In this document: positions 50,851-60,525 of the stretch, in pieces
Position numbering within the stretch: the first letter of the stretch is position 1
Layout: every line of letters starts with the position of its first letter
Source of the DNA: an uncultured Prevotella sp.
GTDB taxonomy: Bacteria > Bacteroidota > Bacteroidia > Bacteroidales > Bacteroidaceae
Direction: 5' to 3'
DNA length: 64,000 bases
Assembly: GCA_900543975.1 (NCBI GenBank)
Contig: UQTI01000004.1
Coordinates: forward strand, 1,474 to 65,473
The notes under the pieces: model-generated
The model's database searches: none
What the model was told of the DNA's origin: nothing
What the model saw: the letters and a program-made list of their open reading frames with translations, nothing else
Program-made: the position numbers and the translations under genes

Positions 50851-51426
50851 ATGATTTTAAAAAAATTACTCCTTGTCCTTGTTGCCTTCCTCATGGTTGG
50901 AAGCGTGGCCAAGGCAGCAGATAAGACAAAGCAGGTTTATGTATATGGCATGGCCATCTCGTTTAACGACTCTACCGTTTATATGACAGACATACAGACG
51001 CTCGATTCGGCTGCCGTGAGAAGCAAGACGGGATTCCTCTACGGACGCGACAACTACTCTTATCAGCTGCGCGACTACTTGAAGAGCAAGGGGTTTCAAA
51101 CACCCACTTGCGAGACAACCTTCTCGGTTAAAAAGAAAGACATCGAGAAAAAGTTTATTGCCGCAAAGAAACGTTACGGCAACGGCAAATACACGCTCAA
51201 ACACATCACACCAAACGAGTTCCAATATACGGTCATAACGCTCGATGTGGACGAAGAAAAGCCCATGACAAAGGAGGAGCGCAAGGCCATGAAGGTTCAG
51301 GCCAAGGAAGCGAAAGCCAAGGCTAAAGCCGAAGCTAAAGCAAAAGCCGAGGAGCGCAAGGCCCTGAAAAAAGAGCTGAAAGACAAGAAGAAGGGCCCGA
51401 AGCCTGAGGAACAAAGACCTGAATAA
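50851..51426 (+). CDS. secreted hypothetical protein with a C-terminal Lys/Ala/Glu-rich tail
   Basis: 191 aa with a signal peptide (MILKKLLLVLVAFLMVGSVAKA) and a C-terminal KAKAKAEAKAKAEERKALKKELKDKKK tail. Confidence 0.5.
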   Translation: MILKKLLLVLVAFLMVGSVAKAADKTKQVYVYGMAISFNDSTVYMTDIQTLDSAAVRSKTGFLYGRDNYSYQLRDYLKSKGFQTPTCETTFSVKKKDIEKKFIAAKKRYGNGKYTLKHITPNEFQYTVITLDVDEEKPMTKEERKAMKVQAKEAKAKAKAEAKAKAEERKALKKELKDKKKGPKPEEQRPE

Positions 51427-51467
51427 GGAAAAAAAAACTAAGGAAACGAAGAAAACAGAAAAAAAAT

Positions 51468-52931
51468 ATGACCATGCACTCAGAGAAATCATACAATTAC
51501 TCAATTGCAGATTTCAACATTGGCATATCGTTCAGCAAAGATGGAATCAACGACAAAAACTTGATTCCATCTTTTCGCGTTTTTGAACAAGACGCCCCAA
51601 ACGGCGACCTGCTCTTCTCCCTTCATGTCGATGACAGCCTAAAACCAATAGCCAAGGAACGACGGGAGAGAATTCGCGAGTTTGACACAGGCAACGGCAA
51701 AACCGTCGTTGACAGAATTGACGACGGAGGCTACCAATATATCATTAAAGATATCATGGGACGCAGCTGCTGCTTGCTACAGGCCGACAAGGAGTTTAAA
51801 CATTGCTTTTGTGCGCTCAACGGCAACTATAACATGCGCAGCTTCGGACTGAACAACGCGCTCATGCTTATCTTTGCCTTTAACGGATGCCGCCGACAGA
51901 CCTTGCTTATACACGCCTCGCTCGTGAGACACAACGGCAAGGGCTACGCTTTTATCGCGAAAAGCGGAACGGGCAAGAGCACGCAGGTGAGCATGTGGTT
52001 GAGACATATACCCCATTGCGACTTGATGAACGACGACAACCCCATTGTGCGAATGATAGACGGCAAGGCGTTCATTTATGGCAGCCCGTGGAGCGGCAAA
52101 ACACCTTGTTACCGTAACGTGAAGGCTCCGCTTGGCGCCATTACGCGAATAAACCGCGCCACAACAAACAGGGTGGAACAGCTGAAACCTGTAGAGGCGT
52201 TTGCGTCGGTTCTGCCTTCGTGCTCATCGATGAAATGGGACGAGGACATTTTCAACGCCATCTGCAACACGGTAACAAAAATAATAGAGACAACGGGCAT
52301 TTATGTGCTCCATTGTCTGCCAAACAGAGAGGCTGCCGAGGTGTGTGCTGCCGCCATCGTGCCAGGCTTCAAGCTTGAGCCAAACGCCAACAAGCCTTAC
52401 ACAAAGCCCGAAACGACGGAGCAGGAGCCAGGGTCGTTTCCTGTGTTATGTGCCGAGGTGAAGGAGGTTCTGTTTCAGAACGCACAGTTCTTGCCCGAGG
52501 TTGTGAAACTGCTCGACGAGGGCCACACCGTGACGCTAAGGCTGAAAGGCTACAGCATGAGACCGTTCCTTGAAAACGGACGCGACAAGGCGCTCCTTAT
52601 AAAGGCCACAACCATACGCAAAGGCGACGCCGTGCTGGCTGAGGTATCGAAAGGGGTGTTTGTGCTTCATCGCATCGTGAAGATTAAAGGCGACGACGTG
52701 ACCCTTCGCGGCGATGGCAACCTGGGCGTGGAGAGATGTAAAAAAAGCGATGTGAAGGGCTTTGTTATCGGCTTCTACCGCAAGGGACGAACGACCATTG
52801 ACAAGACAAACCACCCGAAATGGCTCATCTACTCGTTTGTGTGGACCTCGCTCCTACCCTTACGCCGCTATTTGCTCGCCTTTTATCGCAGAATATGGTT
52901 GAAAATTTTCCCAAACAAAATAAATAACTAA
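51468..52931 (+). CDS. fusion protein: HPr-kinase-like P-loop domain (N-terminal) plus S26/S24 signal-peptidase-like serine peptidase domain (C-terminal)
   Basis: N-terminal domain: P-loop IAKSGTGKSTQVSMWL and LMNDDNPIV, resembling the HprK C-domain. C-terminal domain: KGYSMRPFL (SPase box B-like Ser) and HRIVKIKGDDVTLRGDGN (box D-like Lys), followed by a hydrophobic tail. Confidence 0.65.
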   Translation: MTMHSEKSYNYSIADFNIGISFSKDGINDKNLIPSFRVFEQDAPNGDLLFSLHVDDSLKPIAKERRERIREFDTGNGKTVVDRIDDGGYQYIIKDIMGRSCCLLQADKEFKHCFCALNGNYNMRSFGLNNALMLIFAFNGCRRQTLLIHASLVRHNGKGYAFIAKSGTGKSTQVSMWLRHIPHCDLMNDDNPIVRMIDGKAFIYGSPWSGKTPCYRNVKAPLGAITRINRATTNRVEQLKPVEAFASVLPSCSSMKWDEDIFNAICNTVTKIIETTGIYVLHCLPNREAAEVCAAAIVPGFKLEPNANKPYTKPETTEQEPGSFPVLCAEVKEVLFQNAQFLPEVVKLLDEGHTVTLRLKGYSMRPFLENGRDKALLIKATTIRKGDAVLAEVSKGVFVLHRIVKIKGDDVTLRGDGNLGVERCKKSDVKGFVIGFYRKGRTTIDKTNHPKWLIYSFVWTSLLPLRRYLLAFYRRIWLKIFPNKINN

Positions 52932-52932
52932 T

Positions 52933-53199
52933 ATGAAAGCAAAGAAAGGTTTTAAACTTAGAGATGTGTGCGGCGAAAAGATTATCGTTGCCGAAGGCAA
53001 GGAGAATATCGATTTCAGCAACATTATAAGCATGAACGAGACAGCTGCCTATCTATGGGAACAGCTCTACGGCAAAGAGTTTTCTGTAGACAACATGGCC
53101 GACCTGCTCACAGAACAATATGACATAGATAGGGAAAGTGCCCTTGCCGACTGCCATGAGCTCGCAAAGCAATGGAAAGAGGCGGGAATAACGGAATGA
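52933..53199 (+). CDS. PqqD-family protein (RiPP recognition element-like peptide chaperone)
   Basis: 88 aa (FKLRDVCGEKIIVAEG...NETAAYLWEQL...FSVDNMADLLTEQYDID), a typical PqqD/RRE pattern. Its start is 1 nt after the upstream stop. Confidence 0.65.
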   Translation: MKAKKGFKLRDVCGEKIIVAEGKENIDFSNIISMNETAAYLWEQLYGKEFSVDNMADLLTEQYDIDRESALADCHELAKQWKEAGITE

Positions 53200-53270
53200 G
53201 GCAGGATCCAAAAGATCAGAAATAAAAGCTTGGAAAAACGACCTCAAACGTTTTAACATCGACAAAGAAA

Positions 53271-53314
53271 CAAGGCCTGTTGCAAACATTATCAGCAACA
53301 GGCCTTGTTTTATA
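53271..53314 (+). terminator. rho-independent terminator after the PqqD-like gene
   Basis: CAAGGCCTGTTGC...GCAACAGGCCTTG, a 13-bp perfect stem, then TTTTAT. Confidence 0.65.
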
Positions 53315-53428
53315 TAAGCTTGTTTTCAAAACAGTTTATTGGCTATCTTTCAAAAAGCCAAATGACACCTAAAAAAAACTATTGGCTCTCATTTCAAAAC
53401 CAACAGGTTACTCTTAAAAAAGACTTTT

Positions 53429-54628
53429 TCACTCCTTACGGTTCCATATATTGATAATCTTGCGCCTTATAACCACCGTGTTAACCAAGGTCACAAAGAG
53501 GAAGAGCAGAAGACCAAGAAGGACGGTCGGGAGAAACGACGGCTCAGAGATGTCGGGCAAGAGAAGCGTCAGTACATCCATATAACAGCTACGGGCCACG
53601 AGCACAAGAACCACCACAAGGACAAGCACACAGAAATTGAGACCTGTGGCAAGCAACTGGTAGGGACGCGACACACTTGACGGACTGTAACCTATGAGCA
53701 GGAGGTTCTCAAGCTTGTAAGAGTTTTTCTGAACCAAAAGATAGATGCTCAGCATGAGGATGTAGAAACTTAAGGCTGAGATGGTAAGACCAACAACAAC
53801 AACGATGAAGACCATGAGACGCAAGAAAGAGGTCATCTTCTCGGCGTTAGCATCGTTGTTTTCGGCCTCATAACCCTTGCTGTCAAGATACTTGGAAAAC
53901 TGTCCGTCGGCAGGATTGTTTACATCCATAATGAGACGTGTGGGCTCATCGGGAGCATCGGGAGCGTAACGGCTGTTGCTCCATTTCATAAATGCTTCGG
54001 GCACAAGAATGGAACTGATGCGGTTGGAGAAACCTATTACACGCCCCTTGAAACGATCATGAAGACCATTGCCGTTGATGAAGATATTGAAGTCGATCAT
54101 GCTTACCAAACCGTCAGAAAGCTTTGGTAGCGAGTGAGATTGTGCGAACCCAAAATTATACATCGTGAGATATGAACGAGGCAAGATTATGGGAACCGTA
54201 GTGTCGCCATCACGATAATGCCAATCGGCGCCGGACACAACGACAAAGCGGTCGGGCACACTCTCAAAGAACAGTTCCGAGTTAAGAATGTTGACGCCGT
54301 TAACGCTCATCGTGGCGTCAACCTTATAACCTGTGGAGATGAAACGACCTGCCGACCGGACAAAGGGCTGAGAGGTAAGGTCGTCGATCTCGCTGTTGCT
54401 GAACGTGTTTGACCGTCCCGACATGGTGGTGGCCATGCCTATTTTCTTGCTTACGATAACATAGTCGGCCTTCATGAAGCTGTCGTTCTGGGTGAACACA
54501 GGCAGCACGTCACGATAAAACTGATAGCCAAAGAGCACGATGAACATGCCCAACAGATTGGCAAAAAAGAAACCGACAAACTGCGGCACGCTAACATGCT
54601 GCCGCAACAACTTCCATACAAGGCTCAT
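53429..54628 (-). CDS. ABC transporter permease, FtsX-like
   Basis: 399 aa with an N-terminal TM, a large extracytoplasmic domain and 3 C-terminal TM helices (FtsX/MacB topology). It overlaps the upstream ATPase gene by 4 nt. Confidence 0.7.
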   Translation of the reverse strand: MSLVWKLLRQHVSVPQFVGFFFANLLGMFIVLFGYQFYRDVLPVFTQNDSFMKADYVIVSKKIGMATTMSGRSNTFSNSEIDDLTSQPFVRSAGRFISTGYKVDATMSVNGVNILNSELFFESVPDRFVVVSGADWHYRDGDTTVPIILPRSYLTMYNFGFAQSHSLPKLSDGLVSMIDFNIFINGNGLHDRFKGRVIGFSNRISSILVPEAFMKWSNSRYAPDAPDEPTRLIMDVNNPADGQFSKYLDSKGYEAENNDANAEKMTSFLRLMVFIVVVVGLTISALSFYILMLSIYLLVQKNSYKLENLLLIGYSPSSVSRPYQLLATGLNFCVLVLVVVLVLVARSCYMDVLTLLLPDISEPSFLPTVLLGLLLFLFVTLVNTVVIRRKIINIWNRKE

Positions 54629-55269
54629 AGCTTAAATGTTTTTTCATAGTCCAACTTCATGTGCTTACCGATGCTGGTAACGATAACGCCGGCTCCCAGA
54701 CGATGGGCTTCGCACATCATTATGTCGGCCATGATGGCGGCGTTGTCGTCGTCAAGATGGCTTATAGGCTCGTCAACTACAACAAAGTCGAAAGGTTGTG
54801 CCAACGCTCTGATCATCGCCACACGTTGCTGCTGACCAAACGACATGTGGCCAATCTTTGCATCGAGCTTGTCGGCAACGCCAAGACGCTCAAACCACTC
54901 TTTCAACACGCTCTCCTTCTGAAAGCCTGTCAGGTTGTTCTTTATGGCAACGTTCTCCCAAGCCGTGAGCTCGGGAAACAAGCGCAACTCTTGAAACAGA
55001 TAGCTGATGTGAGCAAGGCGCAGGTCGACCCATTGGTCCACAGACAGGGTTTTGGCGCAGGTCGTGTCAAAGAGCACGCTACCGTCATAGTCGTGACGAT
55101 AGCCCACGATGTAGCTGCAGAACGTGCTCTTGCCCTTGCCACTATCAGCTTCCACGAGGTAGAGATGGCCCTTGCTGAAGCTTATGTCTTTGCCCCACAC
55201 CTCAGAACAAAGGTCTGTACGACCAGAGAAGACATGAGGCATAACAGCCTGAAAACTAATCTTTTCCAT
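54625..55269 (-). CDS. ABC transporter ATP-binding protein
   Basis: 214 aa with Walker A (ADSGKGKST), a signature-like motif (MSFGQQQRVAM) and Walker B (FVVVDEP). Confidence 0.85.
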   Translation of the reverse strand: MEKISFQAVMPHVFSGRTDLCSEVWGKDISFSKGHLYLVEADSGKGKSTFCSYIVGYRHDYDGSVLFDTTCAKTLSVDQWVDLRLAHISYLFQELRLFPELTAWENVAIKNNLTGFQKESVLKEWFERLGVADKLDAKIGHMSFGQQQRVAMIRALAQPFDFVVVDEPISHLDDDNAAIMADIMMCEAHRLGAGVIVTSIGKHMKLDYEKTFKL

Positions 55270-55410
55270 TTTTTAAATAAAAAGAGTTATTTTTAAAAGG
55301 TCCATAAACGGATCTATGTTTTATGTGCTTCTGAAGAGCTGTTTATGAGTTTTATTTAGACCCTTTATTTAAGCCCTTTATTTGCTTTGAATTTTGCTCT
55401 TCATTTGCTT

Positions 55411-56502
55411 TTAAGCCCATTTTATTGCTATGCCTATGAGCATTCCTACAGCCACACCCCACTCGCTGGCGAGAAAGAACGTGCTGATGGCTGTGCCACG
55501 GCGGCAATGGTCGCTACGGGTGATGAGCATGAGCTGGGAACGAGCGCCAACCATGCCCACTCCTCCACCAAGCAAACAAGGGGTAAAATAGCCTGGAAGC
55601 ATGCCGCTGGGCGAACAAAAGACCGACATGGCTGAGAGGATGAAGAAGAACGCCACAAAGAGGTCGGTCCAACCGTGGTTTAACGTGCCCATGAAACGCT
55701 CGGTTAGCAAAGCCCACAAGAAGCCTACCATGACAAGAGTAAAGAAAGCCACAGAACTTACCATGGTCAGCACATAACCATAACAGGCGAAGCTGAGGGC
55801 GGTAAAGAGGAACAGATGCCACTCGCCACCAAGCATGAACCGGTCAAACGACATGTGGGGAACATCGTCTTCGGGGGTCTTGAACGGGAAGCGCACAAGA
55901 CGAACCAAAACGGCAGACGCGAAACCTGCCAAGGCAGCCCACAGGCACACATCGGCGGCGCTGGTGTGACGGAACAGAACGATGGCGGTCAACGGACCTA
56001 ACGCGATACCTAAACGGGCGAGCCAAGCAGCAGAGTGGTTGGCGCGTGTGCGATAAACCGACTCGGTCTTGTCTACGATCAAGGTGCCGAACAGCACGAT
56101 GGCAGCAAGACCATAACAGGCGGCTGTGAAAAAGCGCAAAACCTCTATGACCAAGGGAATGGCCCATTGCGGATTCTTCAGCACGAGCCATGAAGCAGCC
56201 ACACAAAGGGTGTAGCCCTCGATAGCACGCACGCAAACCAACCCACGACGATAACGCTGGGTGAGCCAGTTGCAGAACGGACCGAAGGCAAACAATCCGA
56301 GGGCGTAAGTGACGGCACATAGCAACTGTTCTTGACATATGACCGCGCTTGAAGCCATGCGGGCTCCTATGTGCAAAGGCAGAAGGGCCATGAGCATGTA
56401 AGCCGAAAGAGTGAGCAAGAAGCCCGCCAAGGCTAACATAACGAAACCGCTGTACCACAGATTGTTATGAATGGGTGTCTCTGTGTTAAATTTTACTGTC
56501 AT
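55411..56502 (-). CDS. polytopic membrane protein (MFS-transporter-like)
   Basis: 363 aa with about 10-12 predicted TM helices. Confidence 0.5.
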   Translation of the reverse strand: MTVKFNTETPIHNNLWYSGFVMLALAGFLLTLSAYMLMALLPLHIGARMASSAVICQEQLLCAVTYALGLFAFGPFCNWLTQRYRRGLVCVRAIEGYTLCVAASWLVLKNPQWAIPLVIEVLRFFTAACYGLAAIVLFGTLIVDKTESVYRTRANHSAAWLARLGIALGPLTAIVLFRHTSAADVCLWAALAGFASAVLVRLVRFPFKTPEDDVPHMSFDRFMLGGEWHLFLFTALSFACYGYVLTMVSSVAFFTLVMVGFLWALLTERFMGTLNHGWTDLFVAFFFILSAMSVFCSPSGMLPGYFTPCLLGGGVGMVGARSQLMLITRSDHCRRGTAISTFFLASEWGVAVGMLIGIAIKWA

Positions 56503-56541
56503 TAATGGTGTCTTTAATGAAACATGGGAGCAAGAGGCTCC

Positions 56542-57363
56542 TTAGTAGCTTTCTGCTTCGTTAGGGAACGCCGTGCTCTTAACATCGTCAACATAACGGC
56601 CAACGGCGTTGGTCATGACATCCCACAGGTCGGCATACTGACGTAAGAACTTGGGCTTAAAGCCCTTAGACATGCCCATCATGTCGGCATAGACAAGAAC
56701 CTGACCATCGGTTCCGTTGCCTGCACCAATGCCAATGGTGGGACAGCTCACACGACGGCTAACCTCGGCTGCAAGAGCTGCGGGCACCTTTTCAAGGACG
56801 ATGGCAAAACAGCCGGCCTTGTCGAGCGCCTCGGCATCGGCGATGAGCTTGGCTGCCTCTGTCTCACCCTTTGCACGAAGACCGTAACCACCAAACTTAT
56901 GTACGCTTTGAGGCGTGAGACCTAAATGACCACACACGGGGATGCCGGCAGCAAGAATGCCCTCAACGGCGGGCAAGATCTCTACACCGCCTTCGAGCTT
57001 CAAGGCATCGACACCTGTTTCTTTCATTATCTTTACTGCGTTGCGCACGGCCTCTTCTTTGCTTACCTGATAGCTGCCAAAGGGCATGTCGCACAACACG
57101 AGAGCGTGGTCTACAGCACGGGCAACGGCACGAGCATGATAAATGATCTGGTCAACGGTTATTGGCAAGGTGTCGGCGTTGCCTGCCATGACATTGCTGG
57201 CAGAATCGCCAATAAGAATACTGTCTACGCCGCCAGCATCTATTATGCGAGCTGTGGTGTAATCGTAGGCTGTGAGCATTGTTATCTTCTCGCCACGTTG
57301 CTTGAAATCAAGAAAGCGTGTGGCTGTCACCTTCTTTATGTCTGTACTTAAATATGTTGCCAT
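56542..57363 (-). CDS. panB: 3-methyl-2-oxobutanoate hydroxymethyltransferase
   Basis: PanB motifs (MLTAYDY, GDSASNV, LKLEGG). The start is probably the Met of MATYL, although the ORF is open to 57390. Confidence 0.85.
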   Translation of the reverse strand: MATYLSTDIKKVTATRFLDFKQRGEKITMLTAYDYTTARIIDAGGVDSILIGDSASNVMAGNADTLPITVDQIIYHARAVARAVDHALVLCDMPFGSYQVSKEEAVRNAVKIMKETGVDALKLEGGVEILPAVEGILAAGIPVCGHLGLTPQSVHKFGGYGLRAKGETEAAKLIADAEALDKAGCFAIVLEKVPAALAAEVSRRVSCPTIGIGAGNGTDGQVLVYADMMGMSKGFKPKFLRQYADLWDVMTNAVGRYVDDVKSTAFPNEAESY

Positions 57364-57490
57364 TTTTCTTCTGTTTGTCGAGCACATCATAACGATGATG
57401 CTTGACGTTTGTTGAGTTTTTAGATTTGTATCTTTATTATTATAATTGTCTTTTTAAGAAAAGCCTGCTGTTTCTTTAGCAAAAAGAGGT

Positions 57491-58300
57491 TCAGACCTCA
57501 ATCTCAAGTCCATCGTAAGCCAAGCCCACGTTTCTTGGAAGTTTGGCCTGTGCTTCTGTCTCTAAACCAATATCATGATTAAAATGAATTAACCATGTTT
57601 GCTCCGCTCCAACCTTATGGGCGAAAGCCACGGCATCGGCAACCAACTGGTGCGAATGGTGAGGCTTTTCAAAGCGCAAGGCGTTGACAACGAGCGTGCG
57701 CACACCTTTAAGATAATGGAGCTCGTCTTCTGACATGCTCTTCATGTCGGTTATATAAGCAAAATTGCGACCTATGCGGAAACCCAAGATGGGAAGTTTG
57801 CCATGAAAAACGTTTATCGGCAAGACCTCTATGTCGCCAACAGAAAACGGCCTGTGGGCATGAATAGGGTTGAGCGAGAGGCTTGGGACGCCAGGATAAA
57901 GCTTTAGCTTGAGCCACGGCAGGCTCTTCTCTATCCTTTGCATGAGACCATGGGGAAAGCAGTAAGGCATGCATTGGCGCACATGACGCAAGGTCTTGCG
58001 ATCGCCATAAAGGGGTATGGTGCCAAAACGACAATAAGGCCGAAGGTCGTCTATTCCACCGACATGATCATAGTGCATGTGTGTGAGCAACACGCCATCG
58101 ATGCGTCGGAAAGGCAACGGCATTAGTTGTTGGCGTATGTCAGGACCACAATCGATGAGCAGACGTGTTGTATCGGTCTCCACCAAAGCGGCGCAACGCA
58201 AGCGGCTGTCATGATGGTTCGTGCTGCGACACACCTTGCATGAGCATCCTAACGTAGGTACGCCACATGAGGTTCCCGTACCAAGGAATGTTATCTTCAT
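57491..58300 (-). CDS. MBL-fold metallo-hydrolase
   Basis: 269 aa with an HxHxDH motif (THMHYDHVGG). Confidence 0.8.
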   Translation of the reverse strand: MKITFLGTGTSCGVPTLGCSCKVCRSTNHHDSRLRCAALVETDTTRLLIDCGPDIRQQLMPLPFRRIDGVLLTHMHYDHVGGIDDLRPYCRFGTIPLYGDRKTLRHVRQCMPYCFPHGLMQRIEKSLPWLKLKLYPGVPSLSLNPIHAHRPFSVGDIEVLPINVFHGKLPILGFRIGRNFAYITDMKSMSEDELHYLKGVRTLVVNALRFEKPHHSHQLVADAVAFAHKVGAEQTWLIHFNHDIGLETEAQAKLPRNVGLAYDGLEIEV

Positions 58301-58362
58301 CTGTATGTTTTTATTTTCTTTTTAAGGCTCTCCCAAAAATCCACAAAATCTTTAAGAGATTA

Positions 58363-59211
58363 TCACATAGAGAGCTGCATCAGCTTCCAATGACCTCCCT
58401 TACATTTAAATGTCAACTCGGTTTCCAAGCCATTGGCAATGCCGCGCATCACGAAAATCTTACGGTTACTCTCCGCATATTTCTGACCGTAAAGGATATT
58501 ATATATAAGTCGGCCAGGCAATTCGGGAGCAAACGAAGGCCATTGCTCAGGGGTGAGGAAACCTGTCATGGTGTTAAACTCGTCATCGGGATCAGGACCT
58601 GAAAACTGGAGCGGGTCATTAATGCTCTTTACCTGAAAAGCAGAATCGGCAACAAACGCCTTATAAAACTTAAGGAACGAAGAGTTGTTGCTCGCTTTCA
58701 AACGATCGACATTCAAACCAGTAAGCTTCCATTGCCCCTGAAGACGGTTAAAGACATACTGCTTTAAGATGTTGGTGTTAAGATATATTTTCTCAACAAC
58801 AACATGATTGATGGTCGTATCCTTGACTATGGACATTTGACGCTTACTGTCAAAAATCAACGTGTAATAGTCTTGCGTCATAAAGAAACGCTCCATGCGC
58901 CACGACTTTTTCGTCATTTCCGACTTCTTGCCAAACTTCGTTACGGACAAAGGAAACTGTATGCGCGAATATTGCAACTTGCGATTGGCGGCAAAATTGA
59001 AAATGAAATCGTCAAACAGTTCATCGGCTGTCTTGGGCATGGGCGACTCGGTAATGATTGTTGCCATGGTGTCGACAACAGCCATGCTGTCTGAATCGGT
59101 AGTGGCAACAGAGTCGACAGCTGCAGGTTTCTTATCGCTACAACCTACAGATGAAAAACAAAATATGCTAGCGATTATGGCCAGCACAATAAGGAAAGCA
59201 CCTTTTTTCAT
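58363..59211 (-). CDS. hypothetical lipoprotein
   Basis: 282 aa with a signal peptide and lipobox (FCFSSVGCSD). No recognised catalytic motif. Confidence 0.5.
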   Translation of the reverse strand: MKKGAFLIVLAIIASIFCFSSVGCSDKKPAAVDSVATTDSDSMAVVDTMATIITESPMPKTADELFDDFIFNFAANRKLQYSRIQFPLSVTKFGKKSEMTKKSWRMERFFMTQDYYTLIFDSKRQMSIVKDTTINHVVVEKIYLNTNILKQYVFNRLQGQWKLTGLNVDRLKASNNSSFLKFYKAFVADSAFQVKSINDPLQFSGPDPDDEFNTMTGFLTPEQWPSFAPELPGRLIYNILYGQKYAESNRKIFVMRGIANGLETELTFKCKGGHWKLMQLSM

Positions 59212-59487
59212 AACTAATTATTATTACCCTGTAATAACGGGTCTGTTATCTCTCAATTTCTTCGATGCAAAATTACAACTTTATTTCTATATAATGACCT
59301 TTTAACACAAAAATAAATCGGCAATCCATCCTTTGAGTCTCTTTTAAGCCTTTATCTTTGGCAAAGCCCATTTTTATATTTGACAAAGTTCATTTTTAAG
59401 CCGAACCATAGCTTTTTTATTTTGATATATTTCCTTGTTTGCATTAAAAATGTTAACTTTGCATCGGTAAAAACAGATAAACAGATT

Positions 59488-60525
59488 ATGATATTAGACA
59501 AGATAGATAAACTTCTTAAGGAAGTGAGCACTCTCTCGGCAAAAAACGCTGAAGAGATTGAACAACTACGACTGAAGTATCTCAGCAAGAAAGGCGAAAT
59601 CTCTGCCCTTATGGCAGACTTCCGTGAGGTGTCTGCAGACCAAAAAAAGGCTGTAGGCATGAAGATTAATGAGCTCAAACAGATGGCTATTGCCAAGATC
59701 AACGAGCTGAAAGAGCAACATGAGACCGACGACGACTTGAACGTGGACCTCGACCTCACACGCTCAGCCTACCCCATTGCTCTTGGCACACGCCACCCGT
59801 TGACCATCGTGCGCAACCAGATTATTGACATCTTCCAGCGTATGGGATTCACGTTGGCTGAAGGTCCTGAGATTGACGATGACCTGCATGTGTTTACAAA
59901 GCTCAACTTTGCTGCAGACCATCCCGCACGCGACATGCAGGACACCTTCTTCGTAGAGACCAACCCCAACGATGTAACAAAGAACATCATTCTGCGTTCG
60001 CACACCAGCAACGACCAGAGCAGAATTATGGAGAAGCAACAGCCACCAATACGTGTCATTTGCCCCGGACGTGTGTTCCGTAACGAGGCAATTTCTGCAC
60101 GCGCCCATTGCTTCTTCCATCAGCTCGAAGGTCTGTATGTTGACAAAAACGTGTCGTTCACAGACCTTAAGCAGGTGCTCTTGACCTTCGCACGCGAGCT
60201 CTTTGGTCCTGACACAAAGATTCGTCTGCGCCCGAGCTACTTCCCCTTCACAGAGCCTAGCGCCGAGATGGACATCTCTTGCCACATCTGTGGTGGCGAG
60301 GGTTGTGCTTTCTGTAAGCATACAGGTTGGGTTGAAATTCTCGGTTGCGGAATGGTTGACCCCAATGTGCTCGAGGCGTGCGGCATAAACAGCAAGGTGT
60401 ACACAGGCTACGCCTTCGGTCTTGGTGTGGAGCGTATCACGAACCTTAAATATCGTGTTGCTGACCTCCGCATGTTCTCAGAGAACGATTCACGCTTCTT
60501 GCGCGAGTTTGAAAGCGCAAACTAA
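59488..60525 (+). CDS. pheS: phenylalanine--tRNA ligase alpha subunit
   Basis: Start taken at MILDKIDKLL. Class II aaRS core motifs are present (FRNEAIS, GLGVERI). Confidence 0.9.
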   Translation: MILDKIDKLLKEVSTLSAKNAEEIEQLRLKYLSKKGEISALMADFREVSADQKKAVGMKINELKQMAIAKINELKEQHETDDDLNVDLDLTRSAYPIALGTRHPLTIVRNQIIDIFQRMGFTLAEGPEIDDDLHVFTKLNFAADHPARDMQDTFFVETNPNDVTKNIILRSHTSNDQSRIMEKQQPPIRVICPGRVFRNEAISARAHCFFHQLEGLYVDKNVSFTDLKQVLLTFARELFGPDTKIRLRPSYFPFTEPSAEMDISCHICGGEGCAFCKHTGWVEILGCGMVDPNVLEACGINSKVYTGYAFGLGVERITNLKYRVADLRMFSENDSRFLREFESAN

